From positions 1 through 44,994 of IMG/VR virus record IMGVR_UViG_3300044472_000006: DNA of 44,994 nt. One strand, given 5' to 3'. Within the stretch, counting starts at the first letter, position 1; each line of letters begins with the position of its first letter. This DNA is from a virus (taxonomy: Duplodnaviria; Caudoviricetes). The translations under genes and the position numbers were made by a program. Below the pieces are notes generated by a model. It was not told the origin of the DNA, made no database searches, and saw only the letters and a list, made by a program, of their open reading frames with translations. Shown here piece by piece: positions 44,266 through 44,994 of the stretch.

Positions 44266-44994
44266 TAGCCTGCTCCTGTTCTTGCGGCGGCGGAGGATTC
44301 ATCATTGCTTGCTGCTGTAAATATTGCTCATGCATTTGCTCGTGAGCAACAATATTATCATAAGCAGCTTTATTCGTTAATAATAGAGCACGTCCTGAAG
44401 GACTATTTAAGAATGCCCGACATACGGCGATATGAATCTGATGATTATCAATTGTAGGTTGGATTCCTACAGATGGAGTGAAAGTTGGCGGCAGAGGTTG
44501 TCCATCTGGACCTAATTGAGGTTGACCAGTATTAAGATCAATCGGCGGCGGATTTTCCATAGCCTGACCAGCTTCAAGTTCTTTAATTTCCTGAAGCTGG
44601 ACATTTCTATCGTCAGCGCCGGGGATATAAAGCTCAGAGAATCCGAGATAGTCTGCAATCATCTGGGCATTATTGGGATCGTAAATTACATTACTAAGAG
44701 TTGGATCTTTAAGATTTAAGAAACCAAGGATAGCATCCTGTTTCTGTTTCCAGGACATCGGAAATTGCTCAGAACTTTCACTAATTACATCACCTACATT
44801 TCCAGTCAGTTCATCTAGCTTGATCCAGATATTAATAAACGAACTACCGTGCTTAGTAACAAATTTCTCATCAAATTCTAAATTATCTCGATATTCTTTG
44901 ACTGCCTTTGCAACTGCTTTTCTATAAGTATTGTTAAGCATCTTCCAGGTAAGAGATAATCTCTGTAACGCCTGTGAACCTGACTTTTCATATT
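44258..44994 (-). CDS. Portal protein, C-terminal part (open to the window end)
   Basis: The frame is open upstream of 44941 (..YEKSGSQALQRLSLTWKMLNN); DNH..H...C motif and Q/P-rich tail. Confidence 0.8.
   Translation of the reverse strand, partial: YEKSGSQALQRLSLTWKMLNNTYRKAVAKAVKEYRDNLEFDEKFVTKHGSSFINIWIKLDELTGNVGDVISESSEQFPMSWKQKQDAILGFLNLKDPTLSNVIYDPNNAQMIADYLGFSELYIPGADDRNVQLQEIKELEAGQAMENPPPIDLNTGQPQLGPDGQPLPPTFTPSVGIQPTIDNHQIHIAVCRAFLNSPSGRALLLTNKAAYDNIVAHEQMHEQYLQQQAMMNPPPPQEQEQANG

Noticed and set aside
1-44994. Prophage/temperate module
   Set aside because: No integrase, repressor, partition genes or flanking host genes recognised.

Overview
The window is an almost complete, circularly permuted genome of an AT-rich tailed phage with podovirus-like organisation. 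The portal gene is cut by the window ends (1..1505 and 44258..44994, minus strand). The minus strand carries packaging and virion genes: candidate TerS, TerL, portal, scaffold, major capsid, adaptor, nozzle, ejection/internal proteins, small basic proteins and a Cys/Pro-Thr-rich exported protein. The plus strand (about 9.3-27.5 kb) carries early and replication genes: many micro zinc-finger ORFs, a SNF2 helicase with an inserted SprT-like HEXXH domain, a Cas4-like nuclease, a GH24 lysozyme, a Sak4-like ATPase, an SSB-like protein, an Nmad1/DUF1599-like protein, tRNA-Leu(UAA), a UDG-PolA fusion, a deaminase and a DUF3987-like ATPase. I recognised no integrase, repressor, RNA polymerase, reverse transcriptase or primase, so a lytic lifestyle is inferred. 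Highlights: (1) a protease-like domain nested inside the helicase; (2) a UDG-PolA with altered base-sensing motifs, coupled to a deaminase; (3) three unrelated small basic proteins sharing a C-terminal (R/K)n-MKG-[MF]-[AG]-L tag; (4) a bidirectional cluster of sigma54-like boxes in the divergence region; (5) a ~600-bp imperfect palindrome with phased A-tracts and a TA core; (6) several structured intergenic elements; (7) a startless tmRNA-tag-like reading frame; (8) several interrupted genes. All family calls come from motif recognition by eye, not from database searches.
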